Of a stretch of DNA of 64,000 bases, positions 1 through 12,000 are shown one piece after another. Numbering within the stretch: the stretch's first letter is position 1; each line of letters begins with the position of its first letter. Location of the stretch: NCBI GenBank assembly GCA_000708835.1, contig DF236959.1:164938-228937 (forward strand). The letters are read 5' to 3'. Both the position numbers and the translations under genes were made by a program. Source of the DNA: Klebsormidium nitens (lineage: Eukaryota; Plantae; Klebsormidiophyceae). The notes beneath the pieces were generated by a model. The model was given only the letters and a program-made list of their open reading frames with translations. It had not been told where the DNA came from and did no database searches.

Positions 1-1813
1 GCTGTCGACTTACAAGGGCGTGCCGCGCTCGGAAGAGTTCATTGTGCGCGGCTACAATGGTGGCCCGAACGGGGTAAATCTGGAGAAGACGGTGCGCTAC
101 TGGAGCAAGTACCTAGTCGCGAAAGCGAAGGTGGCTTCTGTGCTGAGGTAGGGGTTTGGGGTTTTGACGCTCTTACACTTCCATGAGGCCTCATCCTTTC
201 CAACGGACACTACAAGCATTCGGCACAGTCAGTTGCACACTCTTTTGTTTCCCTCCTGTTTATGTAATTGCAATCGAGTTGTTGGATTGCTATTCTGCTT
301 AGCTTGCATGACCATCCCGTACTCTGTGTGCGAAGTTGGTGGCAAGCTCGCAACGCATGCAGGTGTTTCTAACTTGGCAAACAGTCGAGCCAGCGAAATA
401 AAATTTGATATGGTTTTGCTGCAACCAAGCAGGTGCTGTTGCCCCCTCCTTCGTAGCGAAGAATTTCGTAGCTTCTGCAGTGGCTCTTTAGCCCTTCTTG
501 TAGGCCTCGCATTCAGTGGCCCTTGACTGATTTGTGCTCATTACCTCCAGGACGATCTGCCATCTCTTCTGAACCTCCCTCACCGCCTCTGGTCTTCTCT
601 TTTGCACACTCTCGTAGAAGTCCGAAAACTCCTATCTGCAAAGTGCGCCGAACGACCAAGCCCATGTCCGTCGTCGGCTCGATCGTCTTACAAGATTTAG
701 CCTCTTGCCTGACCGCATCCTCGCCAAAGCAGACCTGGTATTCCTAGACCCAAAACTTTTCTGATCCAGCCTTTGTTCTTCTCCAGAATCGAAGCTCCCC
801 AACTCATCGTGCAAACCCCGGCGCCCCTCTACGCCCCTCCCCCTAGCGCCCCGGGCCCTGTCCAGGCCCCGTCTCAGCCGGGCTACTCCATCCCTCCAGC
901 AGTCCAAGCACCGCCTCCCACTCAACAGGGCCCCGGAGTGGTCCAAGTCGCTGTGGCAGCAACGGTCGGAGCCGCCGTTGCCACGTCGATTATCGCCGGA
1001 CCCGCCGTCGGGATGTGGGCGGCGACCGGGGCGATCGCGGGCGCGCTTGGGGGGGCGATTGCGAACGGGTGGCCACCCCCCCGGAGGGAAGAAGTTCGTC
1101 GGGAGACGGTCGAAGTGCGAGCCGACTTTGTGGAAGTTGGTTTGCCTGGGCCGATGACGGTGATAGTGGAGGAAGAGACGGGGCCCGTGATCGATACAGC
1201 GACAGTAGAGGTGGTTCCGGAGGCCTTGTCGACGGAGTGGGTGTACTGGGACGACGTCGTAACGGAGTCGGAATTGGCCGCGATGTGGGCCCGGGAGGAT
1301 ATTAGAACCGAGTGGACGGCTGCGGGGGAGAAGCCTGGACGACGGGTCCGGTTCTCAAGAGACGCGCAGAAACGTCCGTTCCTGACGGCGCGTGAGGTGA
1401 CGGCCGTTGCGGAGATCACGGTCCAGCGACACTTCCGGGGTGAAATCGACCCGTCGGTTCTGGCGGCTCTTGCGGAGGTAAGCAGCAAGCGGCTGTTGTA
1501 CGGGCGGCAGGGCACCGGGTTAATGGAAACCGAGCTGGAAACCGTGCTGTGGTTGGCGAGCTGCAACCCCCGGTATGCGGTGTACCCGGGGGCTTCGTTA
1601 GCGGATCTAAGCAGGCCTTTTGTGTCTGTGTTTTACGGGGCAGCCTACGTGCACTGGCTGTCCAAGTTTGAGGGCAAGTCTCGGAGTGAGGAGTTTGTGG
1701 TCCGCGGATATTGCGGGGGCCCTAACGGGAGCAGCTCAGCGGAGACGCTCCCGTTCTGGCAGAGCTATCGGAAAGTGAAAGGAGAAAGCACCAAACAATC
1801 GTGGTGGAGATGA
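1..1813 (+). CDS. 3' part of a plant-type lytic transglycosylase (SLT-like, At1g16290 family) protein with two tandem domains; exons <1-147 and 787-1813; 5' end lies outside the window
   Basis: Frame from base 2 reads LSTYKGVPRSEEFIVRGYNGGPNGVNLEKTVRYWSKYL, the end of one domain. The donor GT at 148 and acceptor ctccAG at 785-786 are both phase 2, giving an in-frame join. The second exon encodes a Pro/Ala linker and a full domain (YWDDVV...RPFLT..EV.AVAEITVQRHF...RPFVSVFYGAAYVHWL...RSEEFVVRGYCGG...TLPFWQSY). This matches the family as I recall it. Confidence 0.85.
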
Positions 1814-2669
1814 GCGTCGTTAGAAGGGCAGTCTGTTGTTCAGAGGAGTCATTGACTTAGTTGTACAGCGATGAGAAACTTCTTCTTTCGTCTTATGGGG
1901 AAAAGTGGCAAGTTGACTTGCTTTTCTGGTCTTGCATGTGTGTGCCTTTGGCCGGGATAAGTGCGCTAGGTAATTTAAGAGAAGGTCGCCCTTAATCTAG
2001 AAATTGTAGGGAAGTGAGGATCCGATGATCTCGATGCACATCTACCGTCCAATGTACACCCGCGTGCCCCAGTATTACCATGGAATACATTGCAACAAGT
2101 GCGACTCCGGGCGAGCGTTGTGTGCAGCCATTGGTGCATGTATGTATACATGTTCAAGTGCGTGGCAATCTCTGTCATGCAGGCACTTGCGCTTACACCG
2201 TGCATTGCATTAATCACCACACTGACACAAATCAACTCTGCAGGCTCAGCAATCGCCACCGTCGGATAACAGACCCTCTAGGAGTAAGGAGTATGTGTAC
2301 CTTTGGACCCATGATCAAGCACGCGCCCTCATGGCTTGCATTGCATGCTATGCTCGATCTGCTCAATGGATGACCCGCGCTGGCACACGTTCTGACAAAT
2401 TAAAGCTCATGAGCCCCAGCTCCTACATCATGCATGGGGGCAGCCAGGGCAGGCTGCACAGTTGCAGTGGTGCCTACCTCATCTTTCCGCGCGTCTTCGG
2501 TACTAAATCGACTAGCTGCTCTCCAGAGACGTCAAAGAAATGCAATTCATGCAGCTTGAGCTCTAATCTCAATTCTTCTCTGCAATTTAATGACACATAT
2601 TATACTGCTCCTTCTGCATAGAATGCGGCTCTTGAAATTGTCGGGATGCCGGCCGGTGCCCTTCTCGTG

Positions 2670-3131
2670 CTAAGGGTGTCGTTCCACTAGCGGCCGGCAT
2701 GAGCCACCCATGGCTCCTACGGGACTATAAAATAAATTGATTGATTGATTGATTGGCACAGGTGCAAAAATCAATAAAGTATGTGGTTCTAAAGCAGCCG
2801 GAATTTGCCCGGAATTCTGATATATTTGCAATTTCCGGCCGCTAGTGGAACAGCTGACCGGCAGAGTTTGCGCCAAAAAATAGAGCATTGAATGCAGAAT
2901 CCAACGTGGCGGCATGCGATTCGCAGACTCGGTGCCACGTCCCGGCACAACTTTTATTTAAAACTCGACCCATCAAATTGTCGGGTCGAGTTTTAATAAA
3001 AGTTTGTGCCGCCGACGTGGCATTTATTTGCCCGGAAGTCCGGTAGTTGACCGACGGTAGAGCAATATTCAGCCAATCACAGAATTTAAAATGTTCCGCC
3101 GGCCGCTAGTGGAAGGGAACGACACCCTTAG
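2670..3131. mobile_element. MITE-like non-autonomous DNA element, PIF/Harbinger (Tourist)-like, with internal hairpin
   Basis: 2670-2698 (ctaagggtgtcgttccactagcggccggc) is the reverse complement of 3098-3131 apart from a 5-nt insertion. The ends read TAA|GGGTGTCGTTCC...GGAACGACACCC|TTA. There is an internal TIR-like copy near 2836-2851 and a near-perfect stem-loop at ~2932-3023. Confidence 0.6.
2932..3023. repeat. ~92-bp imperfect palindrome (long stem, ~12-nt loop)
   Basis: The left arm gtgccacgtcccggcacaacttttatttaaaactcgaccc pairs with the right arm gggtcgagttttaataaaagtttgtgccgccgacgtggcat. Confidence 0.9.
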
Positions 3132-3175
3132 TAAGCGTCTGCATTTTCGGGCGTTTGCAAGGCAGCGGTACCGCA

Positions 3176-5050
3176 ATGGCGGTCGCCCCCATCCTGAAAG
3201 CAGGTGAGTGGGCAGGAAGCGACCATGGAATGCATGTTCCCTGCTGTTTGGTCGCCACTTCGAGCTTGAAGGAGCAGCCGTGCAAGATTGCAAGTTGCAG
3301 AATCAACTCGAGAAGTTGGAAGTTGGAGAAAAGGAGATCCGCACAGAAGTTCAAGGCGTGGAACAAGCGCTTCCTCCTTCATTTTGGTGCTGCCTCTCGC
3401 CTGTGAGGCTGTGTGATCAGCTGACACCTTGATAAGCAGGTGCACCATCAGTCGAGCGAGCATGGACGCCTACAGACACTGCTTACGCCTCAGCAGATTA
3501 ATCAAACAGTTGGAGCCCGGGTACCGATTGCAGTTTCATGCAAACTTTGCAAAAGGTGCGGCCAAGTCCAAGACTCCGCAGAAGGGTGGGAAGCCTATGA
3601 AGAAGAGGACAGCACAGGAGGCGCAGGCGGCCCTGAAAGCAAAGGCCGATCCGCCAGACGTGCCGACGTCCATGTCGCCGCTGTTGAAGGCCAGCCTGGC
3701 AAGGCAAGACCTGAAGAAGCCGCAGCAGAGCCCCGAGGAGCTGAAGGCGAGCGAAGCGGCTGCCAAGGAGTACAGCCGAAAAATGGTGAGTTGCTGCTGG
3801 AATGGTCTTACTTCAGAATGACAAGAGGTAGACATTCTGCACAAGAATGCTACATTTGCGGAGCAGTTGTATCCAATCTGGTCGGAAGGTGGTCGTCGTC
3901 AGAATGTGGTGGGTGTTTGGTTCTGTATCGTGCTATCCCTTTAGGGTGTTTCCAGGTAGTTCCGCAATCCAAAGGCAACCTTCATTAGGTACAATCACCT
4001 TCAATTACCTTCAGAGAGTCAAATTCGGGTTGACGTTCGAGTGCTGTGCTGTCTTTGCGGGGTCTAGAGCAGTATATTCTAGCCTATCTGCGGGCAAACT
4101 TCCAATGCTGATGGCGGCAGTGGTGTGCATTTGAGTGGACTGCTGAAAGTACATGAAGTAGAATCAGAGCTTGCTTGCCAGATCTCTTTGTCAACGATGC
4201 TTTTCTGGTGCGAGGCCATTACCGGGTGACTCTCTGTCTGTCGCTTTATTCAGCTTTTGCAAGCTTGTAATTCTTTCTCGAAGTTTGGCTTTTTATCAAT
4301 CTCTGCTGAATTGGTCTCCTGGGAGGCCAGGGTCCTGGGGTACAAACAAAGAATTGAATACAGACGTGGCATTCTGGATCAGGCTATGTCTTTTGAATCT
4401 TTTGATTGATGGATGCCAGGGCGCCAGGATGAGCAGGGCAACTGGCAACTTGGCTCAAGAGTATCTTGAGAAGTGCTACAATAGGAAAGTTAATCCTTCT
4501 GCAGCATCAGGGACATACATTGAACCACCTCTTTTGTGGTATGCTAACTTGTCTTAATCGCTATGGCAAGCTTCCTCCTGGCTGCGCTCTGTCATGCAGG
4601 AAGATAAAAAAGGCACCTGATCGTTGGGCACCATCTTCTTAGAACCTATTTGGTCCTGGGTTTTGCTCAATGGGGCACGATCAAGTGCTTCTGCTAGGGT
4701 CTCACCAGACCCAATTAGATTTCGCTTGAGGACATAACCATATTTCTACAGGAGTGATGCATCAACTTTTGTGTTCCGTTCCGTTGCTGAGCCCCTGCAC
4801 TGACAGACCTCTTCATCTTGCTTTTCAGTTGCACGAACTGCGACAGAAGCAGTTAGGACTGCAGCAACGGATACAGCTCAAATGGGCCGCTATAGCTGCA
4901 CTGCCTGAGGGGTTTCTCCGCGACGAAGCCTCGAAAGAGGACCTGACCCCCTTTCCACCTCGGCGAATACCAACGTGGACCCCTCCGATTCCTGGCTTCA
5001 GCAACCGGGACGATGCTAGTGCTCGAGACGCCGATCGGAGGCGGCGGTAG
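3176..5050 (+). CDS. MRPL40: Mitochondrial ribosomal protein mL40 (MRPL28/PF09812-like); exons 3176-3203 (tentative), 3421-3785, 4829-5050
   Basis: The spliced product contains AKEYSRKM|LHELRQKQ...KWAAIAALPEGFLRDEASKEDLTPFPPRRIPTWTPPIPGF, the typical mL40 C-terminal signature. Donor GTGAG at 3786 and acceptor ttttcAG at 4827-4828 are both phase 0. The short first exon (donor 3204, acceptor 3419-3420, phase 1) is in frame; the alternative start is ATG 3462. Confidence 0.85.
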
Positions 5051-6153
5051 CCTCCGCTCTCGGAACCCGAAGATGAACTTGGGAACGCTTCTTTCATAGC
5101 ATACTCTATTGTTATTGCGGAAGTTTGACTTTGCGGAAATCTGTGCTTTGGATTCGTGCAGCTCACAGACTCGGTGCTGGAGCTGCTCGTGTGGTTCGGC
5201 CGGAACTTGCTTGCGTCACCCCAACTATCACAGGGCATGCACTGAAGTTGGCTCGCTACCTCATTGTCAGATGCATTGGATGCACTCAGTGAGATCATCG
5301 GGTGTTGGACGAGTTTTTATATCGATCTAGAGCTGCGGACACCATCCTTGTAACCGTCATGTGGGTCACTGGTCAACGTGTGATTGCATGGAGTCTGCAT
5401 GCGTTTGCGGGCCCGCAGCCGGAACTTATGTCGCGATCATTTGGCAGGTTTCATAGTGCACACATTGCCGCAGTACGTTCAGCCTCAAACGCTAAGTTTG
5501 CATATGTGTTCTATGAATGTGAAGCGGCCAGCTTCACATGCACATAGATGCCAGTATGGTGCGACTTCAAGTTAGTCCAACAAAAGACGGTCTTTTTGTT
5601 CAGCTTGAATGTGTCCAACAACTGGTCGGGCTCACGCGTGTCCACACTGACAGCCGTGCAAGTTCTCAATCAGGGGCGGCTCGGACATTGGCATGCTGCA
5701 CTCTTCCCAGCTTATTTAACCTTGCTGGTTAGCGCATGCGACGGTCGAGGTGGAGGCGTATGCATAATTATTGCTGCAAGTGTTGCTGAAATGATTGAAC
5801 GCTGGCTGATCAATCAATCAGCAAAATGATAACGCTTCTGCACAGATAGGACTGTCTGTTTTCAGCAAGCTCCGCATATGAACCGCTGCACTTCCAAGCA
5901 GTGCAGCGCCCTAAAGCTTGCATTTACGTCTATATCATGCTCTCAATCAATTGGTGCTCAAGTACGGCCACAGGCTGGAGCGTCAGTATGTCTAGGCACG
6001 TCGAAAAAAACACGCCCAGGGAAGCTGCTTCCAAGACGTATACAACCTTGCCTTTGAGATTCTGCCCTTGGGCCGTCCGCTTTTACAATGCTGAAGTCCC
6101 GTTTGTGATTGTTACCAAACTTTGACTCACAGAAAGGGTTCCGCGATATCAGG

Positions 6154-7165
6154 CTACTCTGCCGCACCGTCTGATGGTCCCTCTCTAAGGTGTTTTGGTA
6201 TAGTGATGCCATTCACCTCATTTTTGAAGTATTGGCCGACCGTGAAATGAGGAATTCTGGCCTCTGGAATTATCAATGCTTCCCCAGTCCGTGGATTCCT
6301 CCCCTTGCGTTCTTTCCTGATCCGGGGCTCGAAAACGCCGAAACCTGCCAAAGTACGAGGGGAGCTAAGCGGTTTGGTTCAGCAGCGCCAGGTTCGACCC
6401 ACTTTCGTAAAGGTACCTGAGGACTCTCAGAGGGTGGTAGACACGGGAGTTCTTTCCAAGGAGCCAGAAAAGAGATCAATTCGCCAGCAGACTTGACAGC
6501 CTAAATAAGGGGCTGTCCAAACCGAAGAATGACCAGAAGCCACTTGCAATGATTTAGACATATGAAATTTTGAATCTATCTCTTTTCCCTTCTTCTCTTC
6601 CCTGCGCCATTACAATACGCATCACACTACGTTAAGCAGAGGAGCAAGACACACAAGCCGCTCACAAACCAGCTCTCAGACGACAGAGCCTCTTCTTTTC
6701 CTCCACTGTTCTCTTGTCCCGCTGTTCTGAGTTCACTTAAGTGAGAGAAGAACACCATGCATTACCACCAACGTCAGAGACTGGGAAGGAAAGAGTCGCA
6801 CTCATCGGATATTGTCAAGACACTCTCATGGCAAAACGGACGCACCCTTAGTACAAAGAAATCTGGTCTCCCATGGACATAGAGCACTGAAACCATTCTT
6901 GGTCTCAGTGCGACACCTGTCGCGCTTCAAAAAGAAGCACTCACCAGGAATTTGCACTTTGTCCCCCTCCGCCACCGTTTCAATGATTGCATCAAAGACG
7001 GTGTCTACCACGGTCTTTGTGTCGTATTTGTTGAACTTGGTTATGCCCGCCACCTTGTCAATGAACTCCTTCTTGTTCAGCGCCCGCACCGACAGCCCCC
7101 CCGGCGACGTTCGTCGAGTAGTCCCAGAGCCTGAGACGGCAGCAACCCGCTGGCCCAGGAAACCG
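6154..7165 (-). CDS. HU: Bacterial-type histone-like DNA-binding protein HU (HLP-like), probably plastid-targeted; exons 7165-6945 and 6344-6154, further 5' exon(s) unresolved
   Basis: The product reads [45 protein letters not shown]|[45 protein letters not shown], a canonical HU/IHF fold with GFG and GRNPRTG motifs. The intron is phase 1 with GTGAG...ggcAG. The leader is Ser/Arg/Ala-rich ([28 protein letters not shown]). Confidence 0.93.
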
Positions 7166-9025
7166 CTGCAAAATCGGATAGGGAAGGAGAACACTACGGT
7201 CAGAGTTGAAAAGTATCAGGTTAGGCGCTTGGTTAAGAAAGATCGTAAATATCCGGCTTGCAGAAAGGTGAGAAATATCTCCTGGTCACAGCTGTGTTTT
7301 GCTTGTACATTTGTGGGGCGCACTTTCTGTGACCGGACGGAAGCATGCCATGTTGACACCAACCTGCAAGTTTGGGGAAGCATACGGTGCGAAGAATGGG
7401 AAGGATCCATTTGCAGAGTGTTCTGACCGCTTGCTTGAAAACTGTTTAAGCCCTGCGGCATAGAGGAACGTCGTTCTGAGGAGCTGATAGATTCAGCCGA
7501 AGGCAGTGCTGAGAAACGATGTCGCGTCGCACTCTGACAGGTCATCCCGCCGTTTTACACGGCTGTCTGCAGTGGATCTTTCAAATTACCTCCGGCCTCT
7601 GCTGACCTGCAGTCGTGATTAGAAGACCTAGCTTCTTCTTCTGGTTGTTTGAAAGTCAGTCAAAAGGTGGTGGCAGCATGCATCAATTTCAGCAATTTCT
7701 GACTGCTCTTCAAAGACAATTGCACCACAACATCCATCGAGTGTCGCTGTGTGTGCCCTGAAAATCTGTCCAGCGCCACTCAAGCATCGCGATTACCCGA
7801 CTGGTGCCACAACGTGCCAGAGTACTTTGAATGGGCCTAAGTGGCAGGGTCCGCTAAAAGGAAGTTTAGGGGGGCCACACTGGGGACGCTCGTTTGCTAG
7901 ACACTGACGCCAGTCGATGCATACACAGTCCTGTTTCAGCAACCGAAGTGTAGAGAAATTTTCTTAACCCATGGCACCCATCTGCTGCTGTGCCTCCACC
8001 TCTTTCAGGCTGCCATTGCAGATGACAAGTCGAGGTGAGGAGAAACAAGAGAGAGACAAGGAACTCTTCGGTTTTGGCAAGCCGAAAGGCAATTTCTACA
8101 GATAGTTCTTCATCCATTGTTTGGAACACCACACGAGAGTACAATCCATCGTTGGCAGAGTCCAAGGACTGAAGACTCCGAGACGAGTTGATGTGGCAGA
8201 GTGACAGTCCTCCTAATGAAATGCAGGGTAGAACACCTTCCAAAAAAGAAAAATGTTTCTCAAATTGTCTCTCACCGAGCAAGTGTCAGGCTGCCAAAAT
8301 GCAAAACTTTGGCCCCCCTTGCTTACTCAGGTTATGCTGACAGAGCCGTCGAAAGTAAACCAAGCATCTCTGCTGAAAAGTTGATCGCTCAGATTGACCA
8401 AAAGGGCGCCAGTTAGCTCCAACCTGTTCAACTACGTTCACTCAAGCCCAATGTGCGCAACAGGAACCTACAGATTACTTGCACCATTACCAATTCTGAA
8501 CCCCAGAACAGCAGGGACTTACCTTCAAGCTACGAGAGCTGATCCCAGAGCGACAGCAATCTATTGGAGAATCCACTTTCTTTGACAATCAAGGAACCAC
8601 TTGGATGCTGCTTGACTGCGATCGTTTGGTGGTTGTAGAATCTACCCAAAGCACCAAGGATAGAATGCACAATTGCAGACAGGACACTATGAATGACTGA
8701 TCAAGTTAACTTAACAAAAACATAATTACCTTTGCATTGGCGCCTGTGCGCAATTCATGTAGCTTGTCGAAGGCCCCATAAGAGCGGAGCCACATGGGTT
8801 GCAGACAACTGACGTTGCAGCCATGATCGTCCGCAGGGCGATACGAGTGGGCTTCTGTTGGAAACAGCTCTGAAGAATTGGCCAAGATGGTCGAAGAGTC
8901 TCCGTTGTCCCCTTACTCGGGCATTAGCACAATTATATGTACAATGTCCCTGGTTAGCGCGAAGCCGCCTGCCTTTGTAAGCTACCAATTATATATCCAA
9001 TCCAATTCTTTGCAACTGATGGCAG

Positions 9026-12000
9026 AAGAAGATTGAGACGAATAAAAGGAGGATCGATGAGAGACGCTTCAGCAGATTCTCCAGTCGTTCTGGCAGAATG
9101 GAGGTCGTCAAAGAGATGCACGCGTTGAAGCTGTGCCGCCTGCATTCTTCTCAGATGTCCACTACATTGGCGCTCCGTATTTACGGCTGCGATCGAGCTG
9201 ACCGGCAATCGAACGGTCTGCAGACAGCTTTTGGAACGAGTTACGACTTCATGCTGGCCGTCGATTCGGTACGCCTTCCTTATCAGACGGGCTGCATCGT
9301 CCTTCCATGCAAAAAGGCAAAATAGGCGGGCGTTGACTTCACGAATCAGAGAGAGAGGGGCAGATGATAGATCTTCCTCGCAAGCAACAGCAGAACCGAT
9401 CTCCCTCTTCCAATTTGCTCTTTTAACCTTTCTCTCATGGATATTCTCATGTTGACAATTGCGAGCATTGGTCTTCCGAGATCCCCCGTGATTGGAGGCG
9501 CTGGCCCGTGGCTGCATGCAGGAAAGACGAACATCGAAAAGCAGTGGACATTAGTTTAGCGTCCAGCAATGCTGTCGAAGCTTGAGCACGATGATCACAT
9601 TTTCGATTCGCGCACAACCCGAGTAACAGATTGCACTGAAGAAGAATTGTGCACTCTTCACACCAATGACACCATATTGTACTTGATTGGCTGGATGGAG
9701 AAGACTGCGCAGAGTCTGTGAAGAATGAAGGCTGTTGTAGGTAGCAGGCTACAACAAGATGCTCGAACAGAAGCAACACAGGGGCAGCCGCTCTTGGGAG
9801 CCTCCGATTTGCGGTCGATGAATGGCAGGCAAGTAACGCAATGAATCTAGCGAAATGAAGATCCTCCCTCAAATATGTGTTTAGACGTTTCCCAACAATG
9901 CTGCAGCTCAAAATTTTACGTTATAAAAATACTTTCGTGGCCAAATTAAGCTCAAGAGTTGAAGACCTAATGTGGTCTTTCCTGAGGAGCAGACGTCCGA
10001 TTGATCCTGTTCGTCTCATATGCTGCCACGCATGCAATTGATGCACCTGCTTCGTTCTTGCCGTGCTGAATGCAAACTTAGCAGGAGCACATTTTTTTCA
10101 GCTGAGCTTGAGCTAGGAATGACTTCAGAGGCTGAGAACGAGCTGGGAAACTAAGATCAAGGGCTCGGTCGTGCTTTGCAGAACGGGTGGCCGCACAATG
10201 GACACAACCGTGGTGGGAGAGACCTCTTTCGATTTAGTGGCAACGAAAGGTAAAGCAACATGTGATCTTCATGTTGTGCGAAGATATTAAGAGCTGAAGG
10301 CATCCAAGGTCGCATCACTATGTCTTTGCATGGAAGCCAGCCCTCCAGATACAGGAAGATTTCTGACGACATGCGAGGTAGAAAGGCTCTGTGATTGAAT
10401 GATCCTGGACGGATGGGAAGGATACTTCACTACGCTGTAACATCAGTTGGCGTGCCTATCAACAATCATATGAGCTTGAGTGACTGGACGAGAGTTTTTA
10501 TTTCATTTGCAGCTCGAGTGTACAAGAATTTTGAGGAGACTGCCAGCACCAAGTTCAAACACTTTTTCAGGGTGAGTCCTTGCCTGTCTCTTTTTCTTTT
10601 CCGGTTCGTAGACTTTCCATCCGAATCGTCTGTGGTCTAAAGAGTACCTTCGTCTTGCACTGTCATTCCCTTCAAGGCTTATGGGGTTTCTGGGGATGAG
10701 GAAGCTTGCTTTGTTTTCAAGCGGTGGACTTCGAGCACAGGGAGAGTCTGTACCAGACTTTGAGCTACCTCAGCTTCGCACCATAACCCTCAATCATAGC
10801 ACTCTACTCGGAAGTTTCAACGTCAGGTTGAGCTTGATCATCAAAGATTACCTACGTATTGTTTGCCCGAGCCTGTCTAGTCCCGTTATCAAACAAAGAT
10901 GCTGTAAGGCAAGTGCCCCAGTATCTCATACCCAGCTACACCAGCATTTAGGACAACAAAAATACGAAGCGCAAATTGGACAGGACGTCTCCTTTATTCC
11001 AGTCCGAGGAGATGGACCGGTTGCTGCAAACGTGCATCCTCTACTTCGTGGCCATCTTCCAGAAGGACGCAATCGAACAGCGCATTGCAAAGGCGGGGTA
11101 AGATAGCATTCTCAAAAGAATGAGAAGAGCGCTTCTGCAGTGCACGGTTGAGTTCGAGACTCATCGAAAACAACAGCATCTTTCCACTGCTGTGCAACTC
11201 AGCTAGATTGCAAGCCCTAGATCTCACCGAGTAAAACCACAATAGTCATCCTCGATATGTATTTCGTTTCATCTTTGGCTGATTGAGGATTGCCTGGCCG
11301 GATTCGACTTCGGCTTTTTCCAGATGATAAGTGGAATCTGAAGGCCGGTCGAAGTTGTGACGAGCTTTTAAGTAACGCGTCGACATTGACTGTAGCCAAT
11401 ATTGTTGTTCCAGCTGAACTGGTGGCGGCACCACTTCGAAGATTGCAACCTTTCTCGTTTGTAGCCAGCTCAACAAGAAACAGCATCAAACAGACAGCGG
11501 GAGCTTTGTTTTTTTAAGATTTGAAATCAGTGAATTGAGTGCCGTCAAATTTCCCCTGTGTTGCGGAATAATCCTCATCAGAAAGAGAAGCTAGACTGAT
11601 CTGGCAAGTTCGTCTGTCAGATGCACGGATGAGTCCGATCGGGAGATGCTGAACGCAGCGGTGCAAGATATTGCCGAGAACCTGAGGGCCTTGGGGCCCG
11701 TCTACTCGTCGATCTTGCTAACGCAGGTAAGGTCCGTGCTCGAAGATTTTTTTCCGTGGCTGTTGGTCTGTCGGTCTGTTGCTGCTTGACGATTCTCTTC
11801 CTCTCCGTCACATTTCGATTAAGCGTCTTTCTCGATCGAGTGGGTTCAGCTTCCCCCGCAAGAGGGGCGCTTTGAGAGGCTCGATAACACTGCTGTGATA
11901 CATTCCTATTGAATCACAGGACAGCGCCACAAATTACGTCTGATCAATCTTTGGGTATTGCCGGGACAACGCCGAAACGACTCCTGCATGCTATATGTAT

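Noticed and set aside
600-660. Possible acceptor echo (tagaagtccgaaaactcctatctgcaaa) upstream of the SLT-like exon at 787
   Set aside because: The similarity is too short and gapped to distinguish from chance by eye.
922-1566. 214-aa minus-strand ORF and other ORFs overlapping the SLT-like exon
   Set aside because: These are antisense or alternate-frame shadows of a GC-rich exon whose plus frame has a recognisable domain.
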